A stretch of DNA of 38,740 nt, from positions 1-38,740 of the forward strand of contig JADIIX010000176.1 of NCBI GenBank assembly GCA_027604505.1, in the 5' to 3' direction. This stretch comes from Gonapodya sp. JEL0774 (taxonomy: Eukaryota). Shown here piece by piece: positions 37,250-38,740 of this stretch. Below the pieces are notes generated by a model. It saw only the letters and a program-made list of their open reading frames with translations. It had not been told where the DNA came from and ran no database searches. A program made the position numbers and the translations under genes. Positions within the stretch are counted from its first letter, which is position 1. Each line of letters starts with the position of its first letter.

Positions 37250-38616
37250 TCTCAGAAGAGGAGATGGCACACACTGACCAAAAAAACATTGATTTCAATG
37301 AAAGGTTGAACGGTACATTCATCTGCAAAGTTGTGAACGTCAAAGAACAGTGGAAAATGTCTGAACCTCCTCACTGCCCACTGAGAGAGGAGAAGGCTAC
37401 AAACTCGAGAGAAACTATAAAACAAAATACAGTAATTTCAGAGAAAGGACCAAGGGTTCATTCCTCCACAAGCCCACAAAGCACTCGATGAACAAATTGG
37501 CAATGTCTGAACCCTGCTCTGTTTAGGGCAGAGGATGGCCACAGACTGACCAAAAACACACAAAATTCCAAAGGTTGAGTTTAGTGGAAAACTGAATGGT
37601 GCATTCACCTACAATAGATGAGCAGTGGACAATGTCTGACTCTCTTTCTGGAGAGAGAGCCACACACGAAAAGTGAGAGAATGAACGATCAACTCACCTG
37701 CAAAAGGGCAAGAACAGCACAATGTCTGACTAATAGAGTGACACCCTGAGCCAAACAATCAAAAACTGTCATTGAGTTCCATGGAAGGAATTTGGATCTG
37801 TTCCTCCATGCACAAGTGAGTGTCTTGCTTCAATGGACAAGTTTCTGAAACCCTTGTCTCTGAGAGATATGAGAAGGAGCAAACATCAACCCAAACACAG
37901 AACAAAAATGTTTGCAGTCAAAGAATCATGAGGTGGTCTGTTTGTTCACAGATGTGTGACAGAAACAGGTGAATGAGCCGCGCTGTCTGAACTCCCCCCA
38001 CTCAGATCTCAGAGAGGACACAATGCCACAAACGTACTGACCAAAGACACAGAACACAAATCAGTGAGTTGAGTGAAAGGATGAATGGATCCAGTGAACC
38101 ACAGAGGTGTAAAAGGAGCGTGTCATGTGTGTGACCCTATTGAACAATATCTGGCCCCACCCAACTTGGAGAGAGAATGGCCACACACTTACCCAAAACA
38201 CAAAGTACAGAGGTGGTGACTTGCACACAAGGAGGGATTTGGACATTGGTATTTTGTCCAGAGATGCATCATCATGCAAGAAATTGGTTCTGGGTTTCAG
38301 AATCGTACTCACAAGTTTCACCCGATCACGCTCCACACAAACCTTGTTGACATTTTGAATGGACAATGCTGCAACCCTTCTGTGTCTCAATAGAGAAGAT
38401 GGCACACATTGACCCCAAAACAAATAACTGAAAAAGGTGTGGTTTGATGATTGGATGACAGGTCCTTTCATTCACAAACGCACCAATGACTGTGGAAGAA
38501 GGACTGAGCGCTCTTCTGACTGAAAACCCAAAACTGAAACGGTGATTTCAAAGGAAGGACCAAGAGCTCATTTGGCCACAAAAGCACCCAAATCACGGTG
38601 AAACAAGTGACAATGT
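37250..38616. repeat. Degenerate tandem repeat array, unit about 90-160 bp, roughly 10 copies
   Basis: Recurring (C)AATGTCTGA-like motif at 37356, 37501, 37630, 37720, 37838, 37983, 38145, 38364 and 38611. Most are followed by GAGAG..GCCACA and CTGACCAAAA-like motifs (37274, 37546, 38037, 38188, 38409, 38516). Confidence 0.8.
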
Positions 38617-38740
38617 TGTGAGACGACGGCTAAAAGCGGGAGTTTAGCCGGAGTCACGTGACCCCACGAGCACAACGACTGTCGTCCCGTTCACCTCCAC
38701 GCGTCACCCCTGGTCGCGGCACCCATTCCTTGGATAGATA
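38614..38740 (+). mobile_element. Possible start of a younger LTR or other insertion
   Basis: The repeat motif is truncated at CAATGT. The sequence then starts TGT(TG)TGAG and switches abruptly from CpG-poor to CpG-rich. Confidence 0.3.

Noticed and set aside
37250..38616. CRISPR-like repeat-spacer array
   Set aside because: The repeats are highly degenerate and irregularly spaced, the 'spacers' are homologous to each other, there are no cas genes, and the context is eukaryotic.

Overview
Intron-rich, gene-dense eukaryotic DNA. The short GT-AG introns and protein similarities suggest an early-diverging fungus (inference). From left to right: poorly resolved ORFs (1-2.8 kb); a tandem pair of lipid-droplet-associated hydrolase (LDAH-like) genes on the minus strand, one disabled; a cytochrome-b5-fused front-end (delta5-like) desaturase with an assembly gap in an intron; COQ6; about 3.5 kb of decayed gene remnants; CSN2; a J-domain/RGG/ankyrin/coiled-coil/UBA/CCCH multidomain gene; a disordered hypothetical protein; RPN5; an RBM5/RBM10-like splicing factor; PAF1; and a choline/ethanolamine kinase. 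The window ends in a CpG-depleted block (about 34.3-38.6 kb) holding a decayed gag-like ORF and a degenerate ~130 bp repeat array whose unit looks like an exon plus intron on the minus strand. All exon boundaries and translations were done by hand and are approximate; no database searches were run.
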